Source of the DNA: an uncultured Gammaproteobacteria bacterium
GTDB taxonomy: Bacteria > Pseudomonadota > Gammaproteobacteria > UBA9214
Assembly: GCA_963827755.1 (NCBI GenBank)
Contig: CAWHCQ010000014.1
Span: 54,383 to 118,382 of the forward strand
Length of the DNA: 64,000 nucleotides
Direction of reading: 5' to 3'
This document shows positions 29,761 to 39,101 of the stretch, piece after piece; position 1 is the stretch's first letter, and each line of letters starts with the position of its first letter. A program made the translations under genes and the position numbers. The notes under the pieces were generated by a model. The model made no database searches. It was not told the DNA's origin and saw nothing but the letters and a program-made list of their open reading frames with translations.

Positions 29761-30180
29761 ATGAATATATTCAAGACTTTGATCGCGGCAGGCTCTATTG
29801 CCGGTCTCGCGGCATTGCCGATGACATCCGCTAATGCCTGGGGTCCCTGGAACAGTGGTTACGGCGATAGAGGCTGGGGCAATAATGGCTTTGGCGATGG
29901 CTGGGGTGATGGCTTTGGCGATATGTTTGGCGACGGCGACTTCGGCTTTAACATGAGCGGCAGCGGTCGCGGACGCGGCAGTGGTTATGGCCGTGGTTAT
30001 GGCCGTGGTTATGGCGACTATTACAACCGTGGTTACGGTGGTTATGGCGGCTATCCCGGTTATGGTTATGGCGGCTATCCTGGTGGTGGCTACGGCTATC
30101 CTGGCGGCGGCTATCCTGGTGGCTACGGCTACCCGGCTCCGATGGCTCCAGCTCCGGCAGCACCTGCAGCGGCCCAGTAG
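29761..30180 (+). CDS. Sulfur globule envelope protein (SgpA/SgpB-like)
   Basis: Sec signal ending ANA-W; G/D/W/F-rich segment; FGFNMSGSGRG; GYG/GYP repeats; APAP tail. Confidence 0.85.
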   Translation: MNIFKTLIAAGSIAGLAALPMTSANAWGPWNSGYGDRGWGNNGFGDGWGDGFGDMFGDGDFGFNMSGSGRGRGSGYGRGYGRGYGDYYNRGYGGYGGYPGYGYGGYPGGGYGYPGGGYPGGYGYPAPMAPAPAAPAAAQ

Positions 30181-30259
30181 TAACCTAAGCCTGCATGACA
30201 GCGTGTACACAGGGATGTGTACATCACTGCTACTAGCCTTGCTAGTACAGATGGACAAG

Positions 30260-30297
30260 AACAGACCAGAGAGATACTGGTCTGTTTTTTCTTTTTT
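30260..30297 (+). terminator. Rho-independent terminator after sgp
   Basis: AACAGACCAG-agagata-CTGGTCTGTT followed by a long T-tract. Confidence 0.8.
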
Positions 30298-30324
30298 AAC
30301 CAGCGGACTTTGATAGAGGCCTCC

Positions 30325-30909
30325 ATGAAAACCCGATTGCTTGCTGCGGTACTAATCCTGTTAACTGCCACATTCACGACGGTAAATGCAGCACCCTACG
30401 GTGCCACGTCCCAGGCAGGCACTCCACCCCTCCTGCTCAAGGAAGGGATCAACAAACTGACAAACTTCATAAAATCCGGCAAAGCCGCTAACCAGGCACA
30501 GGCGAGGGCATTCCTGGTAAACGAGATTGCGCCGTATTTCGATTTTGCCTACATGACACGCTGGTCGGCCGGACCGGCCTGGCGGAGAATGGGACCCGAG
30601 CAACGCGCCCGCATGCAGGAGCAGCTCACCGAGTCATTCATGACTACACTGGTCCAGAAGCTGGCCAGCTACACCAGTCAGCCAATCCGGTATTTCACCC
30701 CGCGGGGGCAGAGCAGGAACGATGTCCATGTACGTGCCTGGATAATGCAGCCGACTGGCATCCCCACCAAGCTCGAATTCCGCTTTTACCTGAGCGATCG
30801 CGGCTGGAAAATCTTCGATGTCAAGGCTGACGGCAACAGCGCCGTGGTTCACTACCGTAGACAATTCAGGGACATGCTGCGGAACAGCCCGTCTGCGCGC
30901 CGCTATTGA
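30325..30909 (+). CDS. MlaC/Ttg2D-like periplasmic lipid-binding protein (orphan)
   Basis: IAPYFDF..MTRWSAG..W, EFRFY...GWKIFDV.ADGNS.V.HYRRQF. Confidence 0.8.
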   Translation: MKTRLLAAVLILLTATFTTVNAAPYGATSQAGTPPLLLKEGINKLTNFIKSGKAANQAQARAFLVNEIAPYFDFAYMTRWSAGPAWRRMGPEQRARMQEQLTESFMTTLVQKLASYTSQPIRYFTPRGQSRNDVHVRAWIMQPTGIPTKLEFRFYLSDRGWKIFDVKADGNSAVVHYRRQFRDMLRNSPSARRY

Positions 30910-30924
30910 TTTTCAATCACTGAT

Positions 30925-30956
30925 TCCAGGCTGCCTTTTTATTCAGGCAGCCTGGA
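30925..30956. terminator. Strong hairpin after the MlaC-like gene
   Basis: TCCAGGCTGCCT / AGGCAGCCTGGA 12-bp stem; no clear U-tract. Confidence 0.45.
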
Positions 30957-31072
30957 TATCCTGCAGAATACAATCCGGCCGTCGAGCCGGCCCGGCTTTC
31001 CGGTCACGTTTATGTGCGCCTGTGATTGACTGCAGGGCGAGCCGCTGCCATGCCGACAGTGAATCGACGTAA

Positions 31073-31981
31073 ATGGCAGAATCCGTAAAAACAGTACTGG
31101 TCCTGGGCTATGGTGAAATGGGTCACGCCATGCAGGTGCTGTTAAGCGACCGACACGATTTGTATCTCTGGGACAAGTTCCCGTCTGCGGGCATGAAAAA
31201 TGTGGTGCTGGAGGACGCTGCACCACGGGCGGATTTCATAATATTCTGCCTGCCTGTGAATCCTCACCGTGAAGTGGCGGAATTGATTGTGCCGTTGCTC
31301 GGGCCGGATTGCATCTGCATCAGTATTGCCAAGGGGCTGGATGAAGCGGGTCAGACAGCTGCGCAGATTTTCGACGGGGTATTCGGTGCTGCAAGTATCG
31401 ATTATGCGCTGTTGTACGGGCCGATGATTTCGGAGGAGCTTCGCGCCGGCCGCTACGGTTTTGCCCAGCTTGCATGCTCTGCGCAAGCAGCCTGTGCACG
31501 TATCCGGGATCTGTTCTCAGGTAGTTCTTTGCTGATCGCGCCGTGCGCTGATATGGCGGGTATCAGCTGGTCGGTCATTCTGAAGAATGTTTACGCGATT
31601 ATCTTCGGTATCGCCGATGGGCTCCGCATGGGCGATAATATGCGTGGTTTCCTGATGGCAGCATCATTAAGCGAACTGGAGGCCATCGTTCGCAGTATGG
31701 GAGGGGGTGCACAAACCGCATATTCTCTTGCAGGGCTAGGCGACCTGATGGCCACGGCTACCAGTGCTGACTCTCATCACCATGAACTGGGGCACAGGCT
31801 GGCGCGTGGCGAAACAGATAATATCTCGGGCGAGGGAATCCATACCCTGCGAATGATCGAGCAACACGGCTTGTTCGAGTGGCACAGGTACCCCCTGTTC
31901 ACCCTGATAAAGCAACTGGTTAGCGACCCCCGTTCAGCTGAAAGCGATATTCTTGAGTTTGCAAAACAAAACCTGCATTAA
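31073..31981 (+). CDS. gpsA: NAD(P)H-dependent glycerol-3-phosphate dehydrogenase family protein
   Basis: VLGYGEMG, ISIAKGL, LYGP..SEE, LKNVYAI..G, GDN, LAGLGDLMAT. Confidence 0.75.
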   Translation: MAESVKTVLVLGYGEMGHAMQVLLSDRHDLYLWDKFPSAGMKNVVLEDAAPRADFIIFCLPVNPHREVAELIVPLLGPDCICISIAKGLDEAGQTAAQIFDGVFGAASIDYALLYGPMISEELRAGRYGFAQLACSAQAACARIRDLFSGSSLLIAPCADMAGISWSVILKNVYAIIFGIADGLRMGDNMRGFLMAASLSELEAIVRSMGGGAQTAYSLAGLGDLMATATSADSHHHELGHRLARGETDNISGEGIHTLRMIEQHGLFEWHRYPLFTLIKQLVSDPRSAESDILEFAKQNLH

Positions 31982-32025
31982 AAGCAGACGGTCTCACCTG
32001 TTTCCTGACCCAAACCCTGTTTACC

Positions 32026-32039
32026 TTGATCTGCATCAA
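32026..32039. promoter_or_regulatory. FNR box upstream of hemN
   Basis: TTGAT-CTGC-ATCAA, perfect consensus. Confidence 0.88.
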
Positions 32040-32131
32040 TTTTATTATGACCGAAATGCGTGAGAATACCCCTCGCTTGAGTGGTAACTGCCCGGCTACA
32101 CACGGGGAAAAACAGGTATTTACATGCGCAT

Positions 32132-33517
32132 ATGACCCAGGGTGTGGATTTTGATGTCGATTTGATCAGGCGCTACGCTACAAGTGGGCCTTGTTATACC
32201 TCCTATCCTGCGGTCAACCGCTTTCAGGGCGATATCACGGAAGATGATTACCGCAAATGGGCAAGGAGAAGCAACGAAGACCCGATCCCCCGACCATTGT
32301 CGTTGTATGTCCATATCCCGTTCTGCGATAGCCGCTGTTTCTTCTGTGCAGCTAACACGTTAGTTACAAAGGATCATTCAAAGGTAGCTGTATACCTGGA
32401 ACACCTCGGCAAGGAAGCTGCGATGCAGGGTGCCTTGTTTGACAAGGACCGCATTGTTGAACAACTCCATTGGGGCGGTGGCACGCCGACATTTCTTGCG
32501 ACCGATGAAATTCGCAAGCTGATGGCGGTTATACGCCGCCGTTTTTCATTGCGCACGGATGACGGGGGCGATTATTCAGTTGAAATTGACTGGCATTCTG
32601 CAGACTACAGCAAGCTGCATGTCTTGCGCGAGGTGGGTTTTAACCAGGTGAGTCTCGGTGTGCAGGATATTACTTCCCGTGTGCAGCAGGCGGTAAACAA
32701 TGACCGGGTTCTGGAGGTGACACGGGAAATCTCGAATACAACCAGGGAGCTGGGCTTTAACTCTATAAAGATGGAGCTCGTGTACGGGTTGCCGTACCAG
32801 ACCGTGGAAAATTTCGAAAAGACCCTGCAAGCCGTTACTGAAATGCGGCCGAACCGTCTGGCGGTCTATGATTATGCGCATATGCCGGAACACTTCAAGC
32901 CACAACAACCCGTTAATGAGGCTGACCTGCCCGGTGCAGATGAGAAGCTGGGTATCCTGCAGCGCACCATTGATCACCTGGTCGGGGCCGGTTATGTGTA
33001 CGTCGGTATGGACCACTTTGCCAGGCCGGATGATGAGTTGGCACGGGCGCAGCGTGCAGGCAATCTGCACCGCAACTTTCAGGGCTACTCAACCCTGCCG
33101 GATTATGACCTCATTGGCCTTGGTGTTTCTGCAATCAGCAAGGTTTGTGACAACTACAGCCAGAACACAAGCGAACTGGACGAGTACTACGAGAGGATAG
33201 ATGCTGGAAAATTCGCACTGGAGCGCGGAGTCGAGCTGGAGCCTGATGATTTGCTGCGCGCTGAAATAATCAACCGCTTGATCTGCCATTATGTTGTTGA
33301 TATCGAGATACTTGAAAAGAAGCGGCAGTTCAGCTTTGCCAGGCATTTCAGGCCAGAGATACAGGCCTTGATGAAAATGCAGAATGATGGCCTGTTGACG
33401 CTGGACAGGAAGTCGCTCCAGGTCCTGCCGGCCGGCCGGTTGCTGGTAAGGCATATCTGCATGATTTTTGACCGCTATCTGCATGCCGGCAGCGCGGGTC
33501 TTTCACGAGTGATCTGA
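32132..33517 (+). CDS. hemN: Oxygen-independent coproporphyrinogen III oxidase (divergent)
   Basis: YTSYP, LYVHIPFCDSRCFFC radical-SAM motif, HWGGGTP, GMDHFA, RNFQGY, GLGVSAIS. Confidence 0.85.
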   Translation: MTQGVDFDVDLIRRYATSGPCYTSYPAVNRFQGDITEDDYRKWARRSNEDPIPRPLSLYVHIPFCDSRCFFCAANTLVTKDHSKVAVYLEHLGKEAAMQGALFDKDRIVEQLHWGGGTPTFLATDEIRKLMAVIRRRFSLRTDDGGDYSVEIDWHSADYSKLHVLREVGFNQVSLGVQDITSRVQQAVNNDRVLEVTREISNTTRELGFNSIKMELVYGLPYQTVENFEKTLQAVTEMRPNRLAVYDYAHMPEHFKPQQPVNEADLPGADEKLGILQRTIDHLVGAGYVYVGMDHFARPDDELARAQRAGNLHRNFQGYSTLPDYDLIGLGVSAISKVCDNYSQNTSELDEYYERIDAGKFALERGVELEPDDLLRAEIINRLICHYVVDIEILEKKRQFSFARHFRPEIQALMKMQNDGLLTLDRKSLQVLPAGRLLVRHICMIFDRYLHAGSAGLSRVI

Positions 33518-33527
33518 TTTTGGGGGC

Positions 33528-34283
33528 TTACGCTGACTCGGAAATATTCCCGCGGCAGCCGTTAACGATTGATTTCAGTCTCGCATAGTCAGTAATCCTG
33601 ATCTGCTTGCGATTGACCGTCAGCAGCTTGTCTTCCTGAAAATGTGCAAACAGGCGGCTGACTGTTTCGATGGCAAGGCCCAGGTAGTTGCCGATATCCT
33701 GTCGTGACATTGGCAGGTTAAACTCGCTGGCTGACAGGCCGCGTTCCCGGTAGCGTGAGGACAGGCTGAGCAGGAATGATGCGAGCCGTTCCTCCGCATT
33801 ACGCTGCCCGAGCAGCATCAGCAATTGCTGGTCAGACGTAATTTCCTTGCCGACCAGGCGCAACATTTGTTTCTGCAGGCCTGGCAGGCTATGGCACAGT
33901 TCTTCCAGCCGATTGAATGGAAGTTCGCAGATGCTGGATGTTTCGAGTGCGACGGTTGTACTTGAGAAATTATCGCCTGCGAGGCCATCAAGGCCGACCA
34001 GTTCACCGGGGAGCGCGAATCCCAGTACCTGTTCATCGCCATCGGCTGTAATGCAATAGGATTTCAGTGCGCCTGACCTGACGGCAAAGATTGAACTGCT
34101 CTTGTCACCGGCATGAAAAAGGTGTTGCCCGGGCTGGTAGGGTTGCAGTCGTTTTATGATCCTGTCCAGCTGGCTGACTTCCTCTGATTGCAAGCCATGC
34201 GGCATGCACAGGTCTGCCAGGCTGCAGGTCTGGCAGGAGGTCTTGATTGTCTCGATCTTGAGTATTTTTTCTTTTTCCGGCAT
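33528..34283 (-). CDS. fnr: FNR/Anr O2-sensing transcription regulator
   Basis: CQTCSLADLC N-terminal Cys cluster plus SICE Cys; MSRQDIGNYLGLAIETVSR helix. Confidence 0.95.
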   Translation of the reverse strand: MPEKEKILKIETIKTSCQTCSLADLCMPHGLQSEEVSQLDRIIKRLQPYQPGQHLFHAGDKSSSIFAVRSGALKSYCITADGDEQVLGFALPGELVGLDGLAGDNFSSTTVALETSSICELPFNRLEELCHSLPGLQKQMLRLVGKEITSDQQLLMLLGQRNAEERLASFLLSLSSRYRERGLSASEFNLPMSRQDIGNYLGLAIETVSRLFAHFQEDKLLTVNRKQIRITDYARLKSIVNGCRGNISESA

Positions 34284-34404
34284 GCGGATATTCCAGCTCC
34301 CTGTATTTCCCGCGACCTCGGCAGCAGCCCTGGTCGCGTGAGATTTTTAGCGGAATCTGAATACACTCCCCAGGTTAAGCCTGATCCTGAAAAATGTCGG
34401 CTTG

Positions 34405-34418
34405 TTGATCCAGATCAA
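34405..34418. promoter_or_regulatory. FNR box upstream of fnr (autoregulation)
   Basis: TTGAT-CCAG-ATCAA, perfect consensus. Confidence 0.85.
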
Positions 34419-34684
34419 TACCGCTGGCCACCAGATGATGCAAAGTTTAAACCGATGCTATTGTCATTATAGATAGTAATCAGCGCGAATTTTGGTCTAC
34501 ACAACGTGGTCAAGTATGACCGTTGTCGTGTTGGCCTGTGTCAGGTTTTCCCCGTTCCGATAATGCGCAGACAAAATCCAGTATACCTTCGTGTACTGTT
34601 CTATAAAAGTCAAAACTTCAGTATATTCATGGGATTTCCCGGGTCAGCGGGCTGTCTTGTTGTTGTCTGCGCTGATTCGGGACG

Positions 34685-34882
34685 TCAGGATGAATCCTTG
34701 CCGGGATCATCTGTGTTATTTTCAGCGGGCTTCGTCTCCGGAGAATCATCATCCATCAGAATCTGGTGGGCCGGGCCTTCAAGGTCGTCAAACTGGCCGT
34801 TTTGAATTGCCCAGACGAAGACCCACACGATTACACCGACCAGCACCAGTGACAGCGGGATCAACAGGTAGATTATTTCCAT
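34685..34882 (-). CDS. ccoS: cbb3 oxidase maturation protein CcoS
   Basis: MEIIYLLIPLS...WAIQNGQFDDLEGPA..ILMDDD. Confidence 0.93.
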   Translation of the reverse strand: MEIIYLLIPLSLVLVGVIVWVFVWAIQNGQFDDLEGPAHQILMDDDSPETKPAENNTDDPGKDSS

Positions 34883-37425
34883 TAGCCACTCCTGCGTGTC
34901 AGGCGTAGTGCGTTCAGTACTACCAGGAGTGAACTCGATGACATGCCAACCGCTGCCAGCCAGGGGGCGACGAGGCCGAGTACGGCAGCGGGCAGGGCAA
35001 TAAGGTTGTAGGTAACTGCCCATGCAAGGTTCTGGCGGATGACACGCAGGGTGCGCTGCGCCAGATGCAGCCCCTCCGGGAGTGCGGTAAGCCTGTTTGA
35101 CAACAGGATCATGTCGGCGCTGGCCTGGCTGATCTGTGCCGCACCCTGCATGGCAATCGAGACATCGGCTGCGGCCAGTACCGGTGCGTCATTGATTCCA
35201 TCCCCGACCATGATGACACTGTTACCCTGCTGCTGCAGTTTTTGCAACTCGTGCAGTTTCTCCGCTGGACCCAGGTCGGCAAAGACAGTATCAATACCAA
35301 CCTGTTTCGCCACTGCCTGTGCGGCGCTGAGGTTGTCGCCGCTCATCAGGACGGTCTTTCTCCCGGCCTGCTGCAGTGCCTGGACGGTGGCGCGTGCGTC
35401 AGGGCGTATTTCATCCTGCAAGGAAAAGCGCGCATGGACATGATCTTTATCAGCCAGAAAGATTTGTGTGTATTCGCCTGCTGTAGCCGGTTCACTATGT
35501 GACGTACAGTGTGCCTGTACGAATGCGGCATTGCCAATATACCAGCTGTTGCCATCGATCTTGCCACTGATGCCTGCACCGGGATAATTGTGAATATCCT
35601 CTGCGCTGAACGGGGTGTTGCCTGCGCGCCTGATAATGGCCCGGGCTGCGGCATGTTCCGAATGTAATTCCAGTGCCGCTGCAACCTGCAGCAGGGTGGC
35701 TTCATCCAGCGGAGATTCAAGCTGCATGTCGACCAGTACAGGCATCCCGACTGTCAGCGTACCGGTCTTGTCAAACACGACATGGGTGGCACGCGCGAGT
35801 GTTTCCAGGCGGGCACTGCCGGTGGCAAGCAGTCCCTGCGCCAGCAAGGTGCCGGTTGCAGCGCTTATCGCGGTCGGTGTGGCGAGTGACAGGGCGCATG
35901 GACAGGTCACTACCAGCACGGACACCAGTATCGGCAGCCAGTTCTCAGGGCTGTGTTGCCACCAGTACAGGCCTGCGGCACTGGCGAGCAGCAGCACGCC
36001 AACCACGAAGACGGCCGCAACCCGGTCGGCGAGCTGCGTGATGGCGGGTTTTTCCTGCTGCGCACGCTCCAGCAGGCGGGTAATTTCGGCAAGTACGGTA
36101 TCGAGACCGGTCTTTTCAACCCGCATGACGAGCGCACTGTCCATGTTGATACTGCCGCCGATCAGTCTTGCCCCGGGCGATTTCAGTAACGGGGTGCTTT
36201 CACCGCTCAACAGGGCCTCGCTGACACCGGAAGTGCCGGATTCAACGGTCCCGTCCGCGGGTACGGAGGCGCCCGGCTTGATCAGTACCCTGTCACCGGG
36301 TTGCAGGTCTGCGGCCGGGATGATTTCTTGCCTGGTTTTATCACTTCCGGCGCCCAGGCGGGTTGCCATGGCAGGCATCGCCTGGGCAAGGTTTTCGGCG
36401 GTTTCGGCGCCGCGCTTGCGCGCCACCATTTCGAAATACCGGCTGACCAGCAGGAAGAATACAAACATTACGACCGAGTCGTAGTAGACCTCACCCTGGC
36501 CGGTCAGCGTCGCGTGGAGGCTGCCGCCAAAGGCCACCAGTATGCCAAGCGATACCGGAACATCCATGCCAACGCTTTTGTTTTTCAGGTCGCGCCAGGC
36601 GCCGAGCAGGAACGGAGCTCCCGAGTAGAGCAGCACCGGTGTCGTCAGCAGCAGGCCGACCCAGCGGAACAGGTCTCTGAATCCCTCCTCGATGCCGGTC
36701 CAGTCGCCCATGTAGAGTGCAAGCGACAGCACCATCACCTGCATGCCGAGTACGCCGGTGATGCCGATACGGCGCAGCTGGGAACGGCGTTCACGTTCGC
36801 GCGCCTGCTGTTGCTGTGCAGGGTCGTACGGATGTGCCGTGTAGCCGATATTATGAATTGCCTGCAGTATTGCACTGAGCTTGATGCGCGTGTCGTCCCA
36901 GCGGATGCGTGCACGGTGGGTCGCGTAATTGATCTGCACGTCGAGCACGCCGGGCTGGCGGCTGATATGGCGCTCGTTCAGCCAGATGCAGGCTGCGCAC
37001 GCGATACCTTCAAGGATCAGCGAGGCCTCGTGTTCGTGTGCGCCGGTACTGCGCACGAAGGTCTTCTGGATTTCCGGGTGATCATAGACCTCTGTCTGCT
37101 GAATGAACTCGGGTATAACGACTTCGCCGGTGGGGGAGTGCTGCGTGCGATGCCGGTAGAAATCGGCATGTCCAGCAGCCACGATGGCCTGCGCCACGGC
37201 CTGGCAGCCGTAGCAGCACATTGGTTGTGCGACATCATTGATGGTCACATGGAGTTCTATTCCTGCCGGTACAGGCAGACCGCAGTGGAAACAGGCCAGG
37301 GGCTGTGCAGGCGCATCGGCTTGTCCGCTTGAATCAATGGCAGGCTTTGCTTGGGGCACGTGTCGTCCGGAATCCAGGGTGTTCGAGGTAAGAGGGATGG
37401 GGTAAGCGTACTTGAACCCTCCCAT
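34882..37425 (-). CDS. ccoI: Cu-transporting P1B ATPase CcoI/FixI (start uncertain)
   Basis: CFHCGLP, MCCYGC, CAACIWLNE, TCPCALSLATP, DKTGTLT, GDGINDAP. Confidence 0.93.
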   Translation of the reverse strand: MGGFKYAYPIPLTSNTLDSGRHVPQAKPAIDSSGQADAPAQPLACFHCGLPVPAGIELHVTINDVAQPMCCYGCQAVAQAIVAAGHADFYRHRTQHSPTGEVVIPEFIQQTEVYDHPEIQKTFVRSTGAHEHEASLILEGIACAACIWLNERHISRQPGVLDVQINYATHRARIRWDDTRIKLSAILQAIHNIGYTAHPYDPAQQQQARERERRSQLRRIGITGVLGMQVMVLSLALYMGDWTGIEEGFRDLFRWVGLLLTTPVLLYSGAPFLLGAWRDLKNKSVGMDVPVSLGILVAFGGSLHATLTGQGEVYYDSVVMFVFFLLVSRYFEMVARKRGAETAENLAQAMPAMATRLGAGSDKTRQEIIPAADLQPGDRVLIKPGASVPADGTVESGTSGVSEALLSGESTPLLKSPGARLIGGSINMDSALVMRVEKTGLDTVLAEITRLLERAQQEKPAITQLADRVAAVFVVGVLLLASAAGLYWWQHSPENWLPILVSVLVVTCPCALSLATPTAISAATGTLLAQGLLATGSARLETLARATHVVFDKTGTLTVGMPVLVDMQLESPLDEATLLQVAAALELHSEHAAARAIIRRAGNTPFSAEDIHNYPGAGISGKIDGNSWYIGNAAFVQAHCTSHSEPATAGEYTQIFLADKDHVHARFSLQDEIRPDARATVQALQQAGRKTVLMSGDNLSAAQAVAKQVGIDTVFADLGPAEKLHELQKLQQQGNSVIMVGDGINDAPVLAAADVSIAMQGAAQISQASADMILLSNRLTALPEGLHLAQRTLRVIRQNLAWAVTYNLIALPAAVLGLVAPWLAAVGMSSSSLLVVLNALRLTRRSG

Positions 37426-37458
37426 TGTATATATGCCTGATTATTATTTACTAATGAA

Positions 37459-37472
37459 TTGATATAGATCAA
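37459..37472. promoter_or_regulatory. FNR box between divergent ccoI and ompW
   Basis: TTGAT-ATAG-ATCAA, perfect consensus. Confidence 0.88.
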
Positions 37473-37573
37473 TTCGTTCAAAACGGGCTTTGCTAATAAT
37501 TCGTCTGTTCTGACCAAGCCTCCCTGCGCCAGCAGGCATTTGTCCAAGACATTGACACTACAGGAGAAAAACC

Positions 37574-38247
37574 ATGGATCAACGTTTCACACGTAAATTG
37601 CTCGGCAGTGCGCTGGCTACCATTACAGCGCTGGGCATGGCAAGCGCCTCAGCCTACGAGGCGGGTGACCTGATCGTTCGTGCCGGTGCCGCCGGGGTGT
37701 TTCCGACCGGTGAATCGGATGACATTGATCGGTCTTGCACCGGGTGCCAAGGTCGAGGCCGATGATGGCTGGAGCCTGGGCCTGACCGGTACCTACATGG
37801 TCGGCAACAACCTCGGTGTCGGTCTGCTCGCCGCATGGCCGTTCACGCACGACGTTGACGCTACCGGGACCCTTCCTGCCCAGGGTTTCCCTGGGACTGT
37901 CGCCGAGATCAAGCACCTGCCACCGACGCTGACGCTGCAGTATCACTTCAACACGGGCTCGATGTGGCATCCCTACGTGGGTGCCGGTATCAACTACACG
38001 ACCTTCTTCAGTGAAGACACCAAGGGGGCACTGAAAAACGCAGGGTTTCGTGACATCGAACTGGATGATTCCTGGGGTCTGGCGGTCGAGGCCGGTGTTG
38101 ATTATGAGCTTGAAAACAACTGGCTGGTGAGTGCCCAGCTCTGGTATGTCGATATCGACACGGAGGCCAACGTGACGGGCCTTGACAAGCTTTGATGTTG
38201 AAATCGATCCCTGGGTTTTCATGGTGGGTGTTGGCAAGAAGTTCTGA
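37574..38247 (+). CDS. ompW: OmpW outer-membrane protein (frameshifts near 37730 and 38190)
   Basis: AYEAGDLIVRAG, LAAWPFTH, KHLPPTLTLQYHF, PYVGAGINYT.F, IDPWVFMVGVGKKF spread over three frames. Confidence 0.88.
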
Positions 38248-38255
38248 TCAGCGGC

Positions 38256-38269
38256 TTGAATAAGGTCAA
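38256..38269. promoter_or_regulatory. Degenerate FNR box upstream of the Yip1 gene
   Basis: TTGAA-TAAG-GTCAA. Confidence 0.45.
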
Positions 38270-38342
38270 GGCGTGACGGATACTGACCGTGTACAGCCGG
38301 TCTGTACACGGTCACAACATTCAGTTCAAGGGAGCCTCTCCT

Positions 38343-38945
38343 ATGGTGCTAAAACACATCTGGGGTCTGTTCGTTAACCCCAAACGCGAGTGGGCAGCCA
38401 TTCGCGATGACGACTGCACGCTTGGCAAGTGTTACGCCGCTCACGTGATGCTGCTGGCCGCGATTCCTGCGATCTCCGGATTTATCGGCACCACGCAGTT
38501 CGGCTGGCAGATTGGTGCCGGTGATCCTGTCAAGTTGACGCTGGAAAGTGCCGGGCTGATTTCCGTACTCTATTATCTTGCCATGCTGGTCGGTGTCTAT
38601 GCGATCGGCTGGATGATTCACTGGATGGGCTCGACCTATGGCGCCAATGTGCCGCTGTCGCAATGCGTGGTGCTGGCAGCCTATACCGCCACACCGCTGT
38701 TTCTCATCGGCATCATGGAACTCTACCCGGTACTGTGGGTGAACCTGGTTCTGGGTATTGTGGCACTGTCATACACCGTTTACCTGCTTTACAGCGGGGT
38801 GCCGATCATGATGGGCATCACCGAGGATCGCGGCTTCCTGTTTTCCAGTGCCGTACTTGCCGTTGGGCTGGTGGCGTTCGTCGCACTGCTGGCGGTAACC
38901 GCCATCCTCTGGGGGATGGGCATGGAGCCGCAGTTCACGCGCTAG
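38343..38945 (+). CDS. Yip1/YohC (DUF1282) membrane protein
   Basis: HIWGLFVNPKREW..IR, GTTQFGW.IG, AYTATPLF, YLLYSGVPIMM. Confidence 0.85.
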   Translation: MVLKHIWGLFVNPKREWAAIRDDDCTLGKCYAAHVMLLAAIPAISGFIGTTQFGWQIGAGDPVKLTLESAGLISVLYYLAMLVGVYAIGWMIHWMGSTYGANVPLSQCVVLAAYTATPLFLIGIMELYPVLWVNLVLGIVALSYTVYLLYSGVPIMMGITEDRGFLFSSAVLAVGLVAFVALLAVTAILWGMGMEPQFTR

Positions 38946-39101
38946 TCTGAGGTGGAGTGCGCAGGCAGGTTCCGGGCGCTGTAAATCTGCTTCGAATCAC
39001 CTGGAAAGTGGTTTTTTATATCCTGTTTTTTATCGATATTATATATATTAATGAAACAGATACAGAATATTTTTCATCTCAAATCAAGCAGGGAGGTCGG
39101 C

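Noticed and set aside
29980-30135. Tandem GGTTATGGC/GGCTATCCT repeats as a CRISPR array or VNTR
   Set aside because: They are in-frame codons for the Gly-Tyr-Pro repeats of the sulfur globule protein; there are no spacers and no cas genes
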